A stretch of 64,000 nucleotides of DNA from Waterburya sp. (lineage in GTDB: Bacteria > Cyanobacteriota > Cyanobacteriia > Cyanobacteriales > Xenococcaceae). A program made the translations under genes and the position numbers. Positions 10,722 to 20,409 of this stretch are shown here, piece after piece. The stretch's first letter is position 1. Every line of letters starts with the position of its first letter. The stretch is from NCBI GenBank assembly GCA_965217895.1, contig CBDCJV010000002.1, forward strand, positions 3,712,001-3,776,000, written 5' to 3'. The notes under the pieces were generated by a model that was given only the letters and a program-made list of their open reading frames with translations, did no database searches and had not been told where the DNA came from.

Positions 10722-12482
10722 TTACTTTGACTGAGAGGCTTGATATTTAGCTGCTTTTGCTAGTAAAGATTCAGCAAAGGCGATCGCGTCTTCCGCCGAA
10801 TGTCCTCCCGTAATTTGTGCTATTTCTTCGGCACGCATATTATGATCCTTGAGGGATTTTATCCTGACAACTGTACGTATGTCAGCTATACCAGAGTTTT
10901 CGTTTTCCTGCTTAGATTTAGCAGTTTCTTCAATAATGGTTTTCTCAACTTTAAAATGCCCATTTGCCATCGCTGCGATTAATGGTTGGTGGGTAACGCA
11001 TAATACCTGGTGCTGTTTACCTAGCTGGTGCAGCTTCTCGGCGATCGCCTGAGCGACTTTGCCCGAAACCCCTGCATCAATTTCATCAAAGATCAGGGTA
11101 TGAGAACTTGATTCTGCATCACTAAAGCAAGCTTTCAGGGCGAGCAAAAACCGACTCATTTCACCTCCAGAAGCAATTACCGATAATGGCTGTACCGCCT
11201 CTCCTGCATTGGGACTAAAATAAAACACTACCTTGTCTGCACCCATCGCCGTTGGGTTACATTCTATGAGGCGACATTCAAATACTACTTTATCCATCGC
11301 CAGAGGCTTTAACTCTTTGACCAGCTGCTTTTCTAGCTTAACAGCAGCCTTTTGCCTTAGCTGAGTTAGCTTTTGACATTCTACTGTCAAATTAGCTGTT
11401 GCCGACTCATATTCTTGCTGTAAGACTTCAATTGATTGCCCCGCCCCATTCATTTCAGCTAGTTCTTGCTGAAGCTGTTCATAAAGAGCAATCACATCGG
11501 CTAAATCTGGACCATATTTACGGCAAATATTTTTTAGCTGTCTGATTCTCGATTCGATCTCCTCTAAACGCTCTGGATCGGCTTCTAAACCCTCGCTATA
11601 GCTGTTGATTTGCTGTCCTGCTTCGACTATTTGCGCCAAACCAGACTGCACCATTTCTAAAACAGGAGCAAGTTCGGTATCGTATTCCACCATTTCCATC
11701 AGACAAGATTCAGCTTTACCCAAAAGATCTGCCCCCGCAGGTGCATCATAATCTCCCTCATAAAGCATTTGATAGGTTTGGTTGCCTAACTGCTGTAACT
11801 CCACCACATGAGACAGGCGATCGCGTTCTTGCTCCAGTTCGTCTAGTTCATCAGCATCAGTTAGTTCAGCCTCTTTTAAATCCTTAAGCTGAAACTTTAA
11901 CAAGTCTTGACGTTGCAATAGTTCTTGTTCGGACTGAATCCTTTTGTCTAGGGCTTTTCTTGCCTGTTGAGCAGTTTCATAAGCCTGAGTTACTATAGCT
12001 AACTGTTGAGCAATCGACTTGCCACCATAGGCATCTAACAAGTTTCTTTGCCGATCGGAGATTAATAAATTTACGGTTTGTCCTTGGGCTGTAATCTCTA
12101 CCAAGCGCGATCGCAATTCGCTCATCAACTGACGATTAACCAACACGCCGTTTACTCGACTGCGAGATCTAAGGTTAGCCTTGCCATTGACTATTTCACG
12201 GCTACAGATCAGAGTATCTTCTTCTAGGGGATCGATTTCTTGTGCTTCTAGCCATTCATTGAGTCGAGCATTAGTCTGAAAAGTCGCTTCCACTATAGAG
12301 CGATCGCTGCCACTGCGAATCATGCGGATATTGGCTTTCCCGCCCAAAACAATATCAATTGCATCAAGAATAATTGATTTACCTGCCCCAGTTTCTCCTG
12401 TTAAGACGCTTAAACCGTTTTGCAGATTAAGTTCTAAGGAATCAACTAAAGCAAAATTATTAATTTTTAGATTAACGAGCAT
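10722..12482 (-). CDS. recN: DNA repair protein RecN
   Basis: LTGETGAGKS Walker A, coiled coil, ASGGEMSR, FDEIDAGVSG, CVTHQP. Confidence 0.97.
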   Translation of the reverse strand: MLVNLKINNFALVDSLELNLQNGLSVLTGETGAGKSIILDAIDIVLGGKANIRMIRSGSDRSIVEATFQTNARLNEWLEAQEIDPLEEDTLICSREIVNGKANLRSRSRVNGVLVNRQLMSELRSRLVEITAQGQTVNLLISDRQRNLLDAYGGKSIAQQLAIVTQAYETAQQARKALDKRIQSEQELLQRQDLLKFQLKDLKEAELTDADELDELEQERDRLSHVVELQQLGNQTYQMLYEGDYDAPAGADLLGKAESCLMEMVEYDTELAPVLEMVQSGLAQIVEAGQQINSYSEGLEADPERLEEIESRIRQLKNICRKYGPDLADVIALYEQLQQELAEMNGAGQSIEVLQQEYESATANLTVECQKLTQLRQKAAVKLEKQLVKELKPLAMDKVVFECRLIECNPTAMGADKVVFYFSPNAGEAVQPLSVIASGGEMSRFLLALKACFSDAESSSHTLIFDEIDAGVSGKVAQAIAEKLHQLGKQHQVLCVTHQPLIAAMANGHFKVEKTIIEETAKSKQENENSGIADIRTVVRIKSLKDHNMRAEEIAQITGGHSAEDAIAFAESLLAKAAKYQASQSK

Positions 12483-12633
12483 CTAGATAAAATTAGGCTG
12501 GCTTGAACCAAAATAATAAATAATTAAATCTGCACTATCAGCAGTTTAGCTGAAGTCACTAAAGATTATTAGTGTTTTTTTATTAAAGTTCGGCTAAAGA
12601 TATACTTAAAAGCTGATTTACCAAACCTAATTT

Positions 12634-13869
12634 ATGAAAAGCGATCGCTGGCGTGAAAAATTTGATTTGCCCCCGTTATTTTGGCTGATAGCTTTAATTG
12701 CTTTCATCAACTCCATCAGTTTTACGATAATTATCCCCCTCATTTATCCCTATGCCAAACAGTTTGGCTTAAGCGACTTACAGGCTAGTTTACTAACTAC
12801 AGCTTTCGCCTTGTCACAGTTTTTTGGTACTCCCATACTAGGAAAACTGTCAGATCGCTTGGGACGCAAATATATATTAGTTTTTAGTTTAGCGGGAACA
12901 GTGGTGGCGAATTTAATTGCCAGTGTGGCTGGGGTTGCCTGGCTGCTGTATGCTGCGCGAGTCTTAGATGGTTTGACTGGAGGGAATACCTCGGTTGCCA
13001 GTGCGGTAATTAGCGATATTACTACTCCCCAGCAACGTCCAAAAGCCTTTGGTATTTTTGGGGCTACCTTTCGCTTGGGGTTTGTCATTGGTCCAGTCTT
13101 AAGCTATTTGGCGCAGCAGTTACCAACTTTTCCTGGGGTTTCCTCTCTGGGAATGAGTTTTTTAGTTAGTGCAGCGATCGCCGCTTTTGCTTCTTTGTTA
13201 ACTTTATTTTTTCTCCCTGAAACCACTTCTCAATCAGGAGAATTTAAATTAAGCTGGGGCGATTTTGCCTTTGGTAAGATTGTCAAATCTGCTACTAGAC
13301 CAAAGTTGGGTAAATTGTTTGTCCTCACTTTTTTAAGCGGTAGTACCTTTACTATCTTTACCTTTGCTTTTCAGCCGTTTTTCTTGTTTGTCTTAAACCA
13401 AGATGCTAAAGGACTGGCAATTATGTTTGCTTTAGTAGGGATACTGGGCTTTATTTCTCAGGTATTTGCCCTTGAACCTTTGAGTAAAAAATTTAATCTA
13501 ATTAATATTATTGGCGTTTCTTTGGTTTTACGGGGGATAACTTTCTTATTGATGCCGACTTTCCCTACCTATGGCGCATTTGTGATTATTTTGATCTTGT
13601 TTGGTTTAGTTAATTCTTTTCCAATGCCTTTGATCGACACAGTGTTATCTCTTAATACAAACAACAAAGAACAAGGAGAAGTGTTGGGGATCAACTCTTC
13701 TTTCTTAAGTATGGCTAATGCGATCGGGCCTGTCATTTCGGGCTTGTTGGTTAGCATAAATTACACCACACCCTTGTGGATCACAGGAGTATTAACTATT
13801 TTAGTTGCTGGATTTGCCTTCAATCTCAAGCCTCAGTTTAAATGTACTAAATCAACGGTTAATAGCTAA
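12634..13869 (+). CDS. MFS transporter (DHA1/TetA-like)
   Basis: GKLSDRLGRK motif A, R.LDGLTGG, 12 TM helices. Confidence 0.9.
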   Translation: MKSDRWREKFDLPPLFWLIALIAFINSISFTIIIPLIYPYAKQFGLSDLQASLLTTAFALSQFFGTPILGKLSDRLGRKYILVFSLAGTVVANLIASVAGVAWLLYAARVLDGLTGGNTSVASAVISDITTPQQRPKAFGIFGATFRLGFVIGPVLSYLAQQLPTFPGVSSLGMSFLVSAAIAAFASLLTLFFLPETTSQSGEFKLSWGDFAFGKIVKSATRPKLGKLFVLTFLSGSTFTIFTFAFQPFFLFVLNQDAKGLAIMFALVGILGFISQVFALEPLSKKFNLINIIGVSLVLRGITFLLMPTFPTYGAFVIILILFGLVNSFPMPLIDTVLSLNTNNKEQGEVLGINSSFLSMANAIGPVISGLLVSINYTTPLWITGVLTILVAGFAFNLKPQFKCTKSTVNS

Positions 13870-14022
13870 CATTTTGGCGATCGCTACTATCAAAAAGTTT
13901 GTAGTAGGTAGTTCGTCGTTCGTAGTCGGATTTAAATTGGTAACTTGGTGGCAAAGGCATAACTGAGAATAATTGCTTAAACTAAAGGAGATTACGTATA
14001 GTAAATTTTATTTTCGGCTAAT

Positions 14023-14841
14023 ATGGCTACTGGACAAGATACCCTGTGGGAAAAATTTATCCAACCGTTGTTTGGGTTTTTAATCGATCGCGAAGCGTTA
14101 AAAGAACTACACGACAGTATTGACTGGGAAACAGAGGGCGATCGCCTGAGTAATCCTAATTTGATCTATCCTGAATACTATAAATCTCAGAGTTTTCACG
14201 GCATTAAAGGGGGTTATCTTAACTCTAGCGCAGCCGTAACTTACGATCCTGTTACCAAACACGCCTTACCTCCCAATGAAGATTGGAATCGAGAGGCAGT
14301 AATCAAAGCAGTCAAGGGTAATCCTCTTAAAATCATCGATCTTGGCTGTGGAACAGGTTCAACCACGATTATGCTCAAACGGGCTTTTTTTAATGCTGAA
14401 GTTATCGGCTTAGATCTATCTCCGCAAATGCTGGTTATGGCGGAATACAAAGCGCAGCAAGAAAGATTAAATATTCAATGGCTACATGGCTTGGCTGAAA
14501 CAACTAGCTTTGATGACGGCGAATTTGATCTAGTTACCGCCTCATTACTATTTCATGAAACTCCTACTGCAATTTCTCAAGCTGTACTTAAAGAGGGATT
14601 TCGGTTGCTGAAACCAGGAGGACAGGTCATAATTCTGGATGGTCATCAGAAGACTCTGCGTAACACCACATGGCTTACAGACATATTTGAAGAACCTTAT
14701 ATGGAAGAATATGCTAAAGGTAGCGTGGATGCTTGGTTAGGTAAAGCAGGATTTGCTCAGGTATTAACCGAGGATGTTTGGTGGACAAACCAACTAAGTA
14801 CGGGAGTAAAATCGATTAGCAATTTGCAATTGGATAGTTGA
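14023..14841 (+). CDS. Class I SAM-dependent methyltransferase
   Basis: IIDLGCGTG, GLDLSPQML, FDLV, LKPGG. Confidence 0.9.
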   Translation: MATGQDTLWEKFIQPLFGFLIDREALKELHDSIDWETEGDRLSNPNLIYPEYYKSQSFHGIKGGYLNSSAAVTYDPVTKHALPPNEDWNREAVIKAVKGNPLKIIDLGCGTGSTTIMLKRAFFNAEVIGLDLSPQMLVMAEYKAQQERLNIQWLHGLAETTSFDDGEFDLVTASLLFHETPTAISQAVLKEGFRLLKPGGQVIILDGHQKTLRNTTWLTDIFEEPYMEEYAKGSVDAWLGKAGFAQVLTEDVWWTNQLSTGVKSISNLQLDS

Positions 14842-14852
14842 TCAATAAATAT

Positions 14853-15533
14853 ATGGGTTTGAAAGCGGTTTTATTAGATTTTAGCGGTGTAATTATCGAT
14901 GACGAAGAGATAAACCAAGCATTAGTTGCAGAAATAATGCTAAGTGAAAATTTACGAGCTGATGAGTCTGAATATGCTCAATATTGTCGAGGTAGAAGCG
15001 ATCGCGCTTGCTTAAAAGATATCTTAGCTAATCGCGGTCGCATTTTACCTGATGAATATCTTAATAAGCTAATTAAAACTAAATCCAATGGTTACCGACA
15101 GCAAATTGATCGATTAGATGAACTGCCTTTATCTCCTAACTTGGCTGAATTTTTGGTGCAGTTAAAGGAACAAGGTATTGCTATTGGCTTAGTAACTGGT
15201 GCAATTCGTTCTGAAGTTGAGTATATTCTGCAAAAGGCTGAACTAGCAGAATACTTTGATGTCATTGTTGCAGGAGATGACCTCGAACAAAGCAAGCCTG
15301 AACCTGAACCCTATTTGCTGGCTTTGAAAAACCTCAGCTTACAGTCATCAGAGTGTTTAGCAATTGAAGACAACCCTGTAGGTATCGAAGCAGCAAAACA
15401 AGCCAAGATCCAGGTAGTAGGTATTTCTTCTATTTATCCTCTGCATATGTTGCAAAGACAAGCTAACTGGACGGTAGATAATTTTTTAGAAATTGAGCTA
15501 GACAGAGTAGACGAAGTATTGTCCCAAGCTTAA
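14853..15533 (+). CDS. HAD family phosphatase/hydrolase
   Basis: LLDFSGVII motif I variant, VTG, KPEPEPY, IEDNPVGI; ATG at 14853 preferred. Confidence 0.88.
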   Translation: MGLKAVLLDFSGVIIDDEEINQALVAEIMLSENLRADESEYAQYCRGRSDRACLKDILANRGRILPDEYLNKLIKTKSNGYRQQIDRLDELPLSPNLAEFLVQLKEQGIAIGLVTGAIRSEVEYILQKAELAEYFDVIVAGDDLEQSKPEPEPYLLALKNLSLQSSECLAIEDNPVGIEAAKQAKIQVVGISSIYPLHMLQRQANWTVDNFLEIELDRVDEVLSQA

Positions 15534-15604
15534 TTGAAGCTATTTACAATCAATAGTAGGAAAATATAGCTTTTGATATTTAGTGATGAAATAACCGTTT
15601 TAGG

Positions 15605-15647
15605 AGTGATTTTAATCACATGACATTTTATTAGGTAACTTTATACT
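15605..15647 (+). promoter_or_regulatory. CRP-family class II promoter of peptide gene 1
   Basis: AGTGA-ttttaa-TCACA (9/10 to TGTGA-N6-TCACA) at 15605-15620; TATACT at 15642-15647. Confidence 0.65.
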
Positions 15648-15704
15648 GGCTTTACAGGAAGAGATAAAACTTTAACAACTTTTTGAATTTGGTCAGTATA
15701 AATC

Positions 15705-15890
15705 ATGAAAAAACAACTATCTTTTGCCCTACTAACTGTTAGTATTTTTAGTCTTAATATTCTTCCAGCAAAAGCTGTTGATACTAACAACATAGAAATT
15801 ACTGATGTACAGGCTGAATCTAAAGTAATCAGCGATGGTCAATGGTGTGTGGAACTCCCTTTCATGGGCTTGTTCTGTTGGGATCTTTAA
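15705..15890 (+). CDS. 61-aa secreted prepropeptide, copy 1 (signal peptide, acidic spacer, QWC-x9-CWDL core)
   Basis: Sec signal MKKQ...PAKA; paralog of 16125-16310 with synonymous and conservative changes. Confidence 0.85.
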   Translation: MKKQLSFALLTVSIFSLNILPAKAVDTNNIEITDVQAESKVISDGQWCVELPFMGLFCWDL

Positions 15891-15943
15891 AAATTTCTAT
15901 TATTGCTGTTGTTGAAAAATTGTTTTAATCAAATATTTATATT

Positions 15944-15978
15944 AAAAGCACGACTTAAATAGTAAGTCGTGCTTTTTT
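15944..15978 (+). terminator. Intrinsic terminator after peptide gene 1
   Basis: aaaagcacgactta-aatag-taagtcgtgctttt followed by T-run. Confidence 0.85.
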
Positions 15979-16025
15979 GATTGATCGACAATCATTTTAA
16001 TGAGTGATTAAGTAACCGTTTAAGT

Positions 16026-16068
16026 AGTGATCTTAGTCATATAATATCTTATTTAGCAACTTTATACT
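16026..16068 (+). promoter_or_regulatory. CRP-family class II promoter of peptide gene 2
   Basis: AGTGA-tcttag-TCATA (8/10) at 16026-16041; TATACT at 16063-16068, same spacing as copy 1. Confidence 0.6.
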
Positions 16069-16124
16069 GGCTTTATAGAAAAGAAAAAACTTTAACAACT
16101 TTTTGAATTTAGCCAGTATAAATC

Positions 16125-16310
16125 ATGAAAAAACAACTATCTTTTGCCCTATTAAGTGTTAGTATTTTTAGTCTTAATATTCTTCCAGCAAAAGCTATTG
16201 ATACTAACGATTTAGAGATTTCTAATGTTCAAGCTGAATCTAATGCGATCGCTAATGCTCAATGGTGTGTAGAAATTCCTTACATGGGTGTATTTTGTTG
16301 GGATCTTTAA
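16125..16310 (+). CDS. 61-aa secreted prepropeptide, copy 2
   Basis: 47/61 aa identical to copy 1; both Cys and both Trp retained. Confidence 0.85.
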   Translation: MKKQLSFALLSVSIFSLNILPAKAIDTNDLEISNVQAESNAIANAQWCVEIPYMGVFCWDL

Positions 16311-16323
16311 AAACTTCTATTAT

Positions 16324-16576
16324 ACGTCTGGTGTGAATTAAAACTTGCTTTTAGGATAGATTTGGTTATGGAAATATTAGCTTTTTCGAGTTGCAGGAGA
16401 ATAAACACGCCTCCTAAGCTATAAAAAGTGATGAATTTTCACGTAGTTTTCTAAAGCTAATAGCAGGCTTTGGAAAGCCTCGCCTGCACAAAGTGCAGTC
16501 GGCGAACTCCAGTTCGCGCTGATAGCTAATAGCTAAAAACTAGTAAATTAGAGCGAAGCTAATTCACACTAAGCGT
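16324..16576. mobile_element. MITE with 5'-AC ends (IS982-like), 5-bp target duplication ATTAT
   Basis: TIRs acgtctggtgtgaatta / taattcacactaagcgt; ATTAT at 16319-16323 and 16577-16581; the empty site is visible in the paralogous 3' UTR of copy 1. Confidence 0.85.
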
Positions 16577-16608
16577 ATTATTGCTATTATTAGAAAATTA
16601 TTTTAATT

Positions 16609-16641
16609 AAAAACGCGACTTACTGTTTAAGTCGCGTTTTT
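16609..16641. terminator. Intrinsic, possibly bidirectional, terminator between peptide gene 2 and hemA
   Basis: aaaaacgcgactta-ctgtt-taagtcgcgttttt. Confidence 0.85.
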
Positions 16642-16742
16642 GCACTATTGAAAATAATATATAGCCATAGTTTTAATAACATAATCAATCTATGGCTATC
16701 TGAATTTTTTATCCTCAAGATCGGCTGATTCGCTCTTAAGCA

Positions 16743-18029
16743 CTATCCATACTGTTCTTCTGTATCCAAATCAAATAGCATTTGTAAAGAACGTAAACAA
16801 TGACGGCGCGCTTCGATGTCTTGCTGCGCTCTCAACTGCACCATCGGTTCATGAAGAATTTTATTCACAATTCCTCTGGTTAATGCTTCAATTACTTCTT
16901 GGTGCTTTTCTCCAAACTCTGAACCTAAGCGAGATAAAGCTTTTTCCATTTCTTGTTCGCGAATGCTTTCTACTTTACTACGCAAACAGCTAATTGTCGG
17001 AACTGTTTCGAGCGATCGCCACCACAAAATATAATTATTAACTTCTTCTTCGATAATGCCTTCTGCCTCTAGGGCTATCTTACGTCGGCTTTCCTGATTT
17101 GCTGCTACCACTGCTTTAAGATCGTCAACATTATAAGCGTTAACATATTTAATTTCGTTTACGTCGGCTGCAACATTACGGGGAACCGAAATATCAACTA
17201 ACATCAAGGATCTATCCAAAGTTAGTTCAGTTTCTAATTTGGTTCTATTGAGTATCGGTTCAGTAGCTCCAGTACTGGTAAAAACAAGATCCGATGTAGC
17301 AACTGCTTTCATCATCTCGCTAATCGGATAAATAGTAATATTGGCTTGAGCAAACTGTTCGCAGAGTTTTTGCGCCCGTCTGTGGGAACGATTGACGATC
17401 GCAATATCTGTTACGCCTTTAGACAGCAAATGCTTGACTAGCAAGCAAGCCATCTTACCTGCACCAATAATAGCAATGCTATTGGCAGTCAGATTATCAA
17501 CTTTGGTATAGACCAATTCTACAGCAGCCGAACTAATCGAAACTGCACCTGTTCCAATACTAGTTTCGCTACGAACTCTTTTGCCTGTAGAAATAGCTTG
17601 TTTGAATAGGCGATCAAGCAATCTGCCTAGACCTTGATATTTTTGTCCTAGCTTATGGGTATTTTTTACCTGAGCTAGTATCTGTCCCTCTCCTAGAACT
17701 AAACTTTCCAAACCTGCCGACACACGCATCAAATGGCGCAAAGCATCTTCTCTTAAGAGGGTAAACAGGTTAGGGCGAAGTTCCCGCAAGGAAATTTTGG
17801 CTTTCTCGGCTAAGAACTGACTAATTTCTTTAACACCCTGCTCTATATCTAAAGCTACACCATATATTTCTAAACGATTACAGGTGCTAATAATGGCTAT
17901 TTCCTCAATGTGAGGATAACCTTTGAGCGTTGCGATCGCATTTTCTATCTGAGCTTCGGAAATACTTAATTTTTCCCGCACTTCAACTAAGGCAGTTTTG
18001 TGACTTAAACCAACAACTACAATATTCAT
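16743..18029 (-). CDS. hemA: Glutamyl-tRNA reductase
   Basis: [49 protein letters not shown] at 18029 preferred. Confidence 0.97.
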   Translation of the reverse strand: MNIVVVGLSHKTALVEVREKLSISEAQIENAIATLKGYPHIEEIAIISTCNRLEIYGVALDIEQGVKEISQFLAEKAKISLRELRPNLFTLLREDALRHLMRVSAGLESLVLGEGQILAQVKNTHKLGQKYQGLGRLLDRLFKQAISTGKRVRSETSIGTGAVSISSAAVELVYTKVDNLTANSIAIIGAGKMACLLVKHLLSKGVTDIAIVNRSHRRAQKLCEQFAQANITIYPISEMMKAVATSDLVFTSTGATEPILNRTKLETELTLDRSLMLVDISVPRNVAADVNEIKYVNAYNVDDLKAVVAANQESRRKIALEAEGIIEEEVNNYILWWRSLETVPTISCLRSKVESIREQEMEKALSRLGSEFGEKHQEVIEALTRGIVNKILHEPMVQLRAQQDIEARRHCLRSLQMLFDLDTEEQYG

Positions 18030-18325
18030 TATTTTTGGCAAATTTTGCTCTAATTTAATGTTTATAGCTAGTACCGTATAAAGACTGAGCAATCTATGAC
18101 TAAATGCTCAACATAAATATTAAAGCTAAAGATTTTCTAAATTATAAAGTTACGTATCAATCAATTTTTTTTATTCAAGTTTGAGATGGAAAGAGATCAC
18201 AGCAGAAAATCCTTTTTCTGGCTGTAGATCTTTATCTTCAATCGTTTATACAGTTTTACTGTAGCTGTTTGCGTGTCCACTCAATCAAGATTTACATAAC
18301 TTCAAAGGTGAACACGACTACTCCT

Positions 18326-19366
18326 TTATCTTAACTGTAAAGACTTAGGCTGATCGAACATATGAACTGTATCTACAAAACGTGCAGTTTTAGACTGAGA
18401 AGAAATAACTAGGCTTTGAGTTCTAGCACCACCTTTAAAAAAGCGAACGCCATTCATCAACGTGCCAGGTGTAATACCGCAAGCAGCAAACAAAACTGTT
18501 TCGCCATTAGCAAGCTCTTCAGCGGTGTATACTTTATCAGGATCGTTGATGCCCATTTTAGACAATCTAGCTAGATTGCTTTCTTTGCTTTCGCCGATCA
18601 AACCAGTTTTGACTATCGCCGGATCGTAAATTAACTGTCCCTGGAAGTGTCCACCTAAGCAGCGCATTGCAGCAGCCGAAATAACACCTTCAGGAGCAGC
18701 ACCAATACCCATCAAAGCATGAATATTTGAACCAGAGAAGGCACAAGAAATAGCAGCAGATACATCACCATCGGCAATTAACCTTACCCTAGCTCCTGCA
18801 CCACGAATTTCTTTGATCAAATCTTCATGACGAGAACGATCCATGACTACTACTACCAATTCTTCAATGGAGCGACTAAGACAATCAGCCAAGATCTTCA
18901 GATTTTCGGTAGGAGTTTTGTTAATATCTACATGACCTTTGGCTAAAGGAGGTGCTGCTAATTTTCTCATATAGAAATCTGGTGCAGCGAATAATCCACC
19001 TTTCTCGGAAATTGCTAAAACAGCCATAGAGCCATTTTGACCATATGCTACTAGGTTAGTTCCCTCACAGGGGTCAACAGCAATGTCAATCTCGATCAGC
19101 TCATCTGGATTGCAAAAATCCTTAGCATCTTCGCGAGTACAAATACCTACTTCTTCACCAATATAAAGCATGGGAGCATCGTCTCTTTCTCCCTCGCCAA
19201 TTACAATACGACCACGCATATTGATTTTGTTCATGCGTTCACGCATTGCCTCTACTGCTACTTCATCGGCAGTATCCTTTTCCCCTTTGCCCATCCACTT
19301 AGCAGAAGCGACGGCAGCTTGTTCTACTACCTCAATAATTTCTAAACCGAGGGTTGTTTCCAGCAA
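18326..19366 (-). CDS. glpX: Class II fructose-1,6-/sedoheptulose-1,7-bisphosphatase
   Basis: [40 protein letters not shown]; start is TTG 19366 or CTG 19363 after a GGAG. Confidence 0.96.
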   Translation of the reverse strand: MLETTLGLEIIEVVEQAAVASAKWMGKGEKDTADEVAVEAMRERMNKINMRGRIVIGEGERDDAPMLYIGEEVGICTREDAKDFCNPDELIEIDIAVDPCEGTNLVAYGQNGSMAVLAISEKGGLFAAPDFYMRKLAAPPLAKGHVDINKTPTENLKILADCLSRSIEELVVVVMDRSRHEDLIKEIRGAGARVRLIADGDVSAAISCAFSGSNIHALMGIGAAPEGVISAAAMRCLGGHFQGQLIYDPAIVKTGLIGESKESNLARLSKMGINDPDKVYTAEELANGETVLFAACGITPGTLMNGVRFFKGGARTQSLVISSQSKTARFVDTVHMFDQPKSLQLR

Positions 19367-19408
19367 GGTTTTTCTCCCTAATTTGCTTGTATTTAAATTT
19401 CTTTTCAA

Positions 19409-19583
19409 AAGCGATGAAGTTTGGTCTTTGCGAGAAGTAAGGCTTGAGCCGTAACTGATGTCCTCAGTTAAAAGGCTGTCTTGGTTCAGTTCTTCAACGG
19501 GGGAAGCCCCGCAACAGACCCAAGCGCAATTCCACTCTCGCGGTGGGGATTTCTCCCCTGAACAACTTCATCAAGAAGCGATG
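19409..19583. repeat. Nested small dispersed repeat cluster upstream of glpX
   Basis: Flanking AAGCGATG direct repeat; gatgaagtt/aacttcatc inverted repeat; modules shared with 36236-36290 and 58712-58742. Confidence 0.7.
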
Positions 19584-20034
19584 CTCACTCAAGTCACAGA
19601 TTACCAGAGAGATGTAGCCCTCTAATATTTATTAAGTTTTAATAAGCTCTGACATACAGCGCAGCGTTTATTTAATTATCTTATTATTTTGTAATTAACA
19701 GTTATTAAGATTAACTACTTTTGAAAAGGTAATGAGCTTTTCGCTACTAAGTAGGTATTTTATTATATTTTGGGGCAACTTCTGATTGTGTTTTTAAGCT
19801 TTATGAAGCTTGCTTAAAATGTATCGGGGAGCGATTCTATCCACAATTTTGCTTTGGATGTAGACTCTAAAGTATAAAAAGAAGGCGATCGCGAAGCTAG
19901 TGACCAGCATCGCTTTTATTAATAAAATGTTTAGTTTGCTTACTCAATTGAATATTAAAGGTTACTCTAAAACTATATGCTAACGACTCAAGGCATAGTA
20001 TTTACTTTAGACTAAGCGAAATTTATAGAAGCCG

Positions 20035-20130
20035 ATGACCTCACACGAATTAATGACATTATTCCTTTTACTTAGCCCTGGCATGGCATTATCTGTTTTG
20101 ATCATGTTGACTTTTGCCAAAGGTGGTTAA
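20035..20130 (+). CDS. 31-aa single-TM microprotein (Norf4-like)
   Basis: MTSHELMTLFLLLSPGMALSVLIMLTFAKGG*; below the ORF-track cutoff; resemblance to Synechocystis Norf4 is from memory. Confidence 0.65.
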   Translation: MTSHELMTLFLLLSPGMALSVLIMLTFAKGG

Positions 20131-20409
20131 ACTGCTTACAGGACAAAATGGCGGTCAACTAGTATTTAAAGCTGACTCTATTTGACTCTATTATTTACAA
20201 TTTTTTCTTTAAACAGTGAAGAAGCGATCGCAGCTAGTAGATGTGGGCTTAAATAAAGTAGTCATTTATCTAGCTTGAAACTAGTAGCCAAATCTAACTC
20301 GTTACTCGTTACTCGCTACTTAGGCGAAGCAGTACTAGATACCTGCTCTTGTTGAGCATTACCGCTTAGAAAACGCAGAATTCGCAGTATTAAGCAATTG
20401 CGGAGTAAT

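Noticed and set aside
12634..16310. MFS, methyltransferase and HAD genes as a biosynthetic cluster for the peptides
   Set aside because: The peptides have Sec signals and their own promoters and terminators; the upstream genes are generic and nothing in the sequence links them
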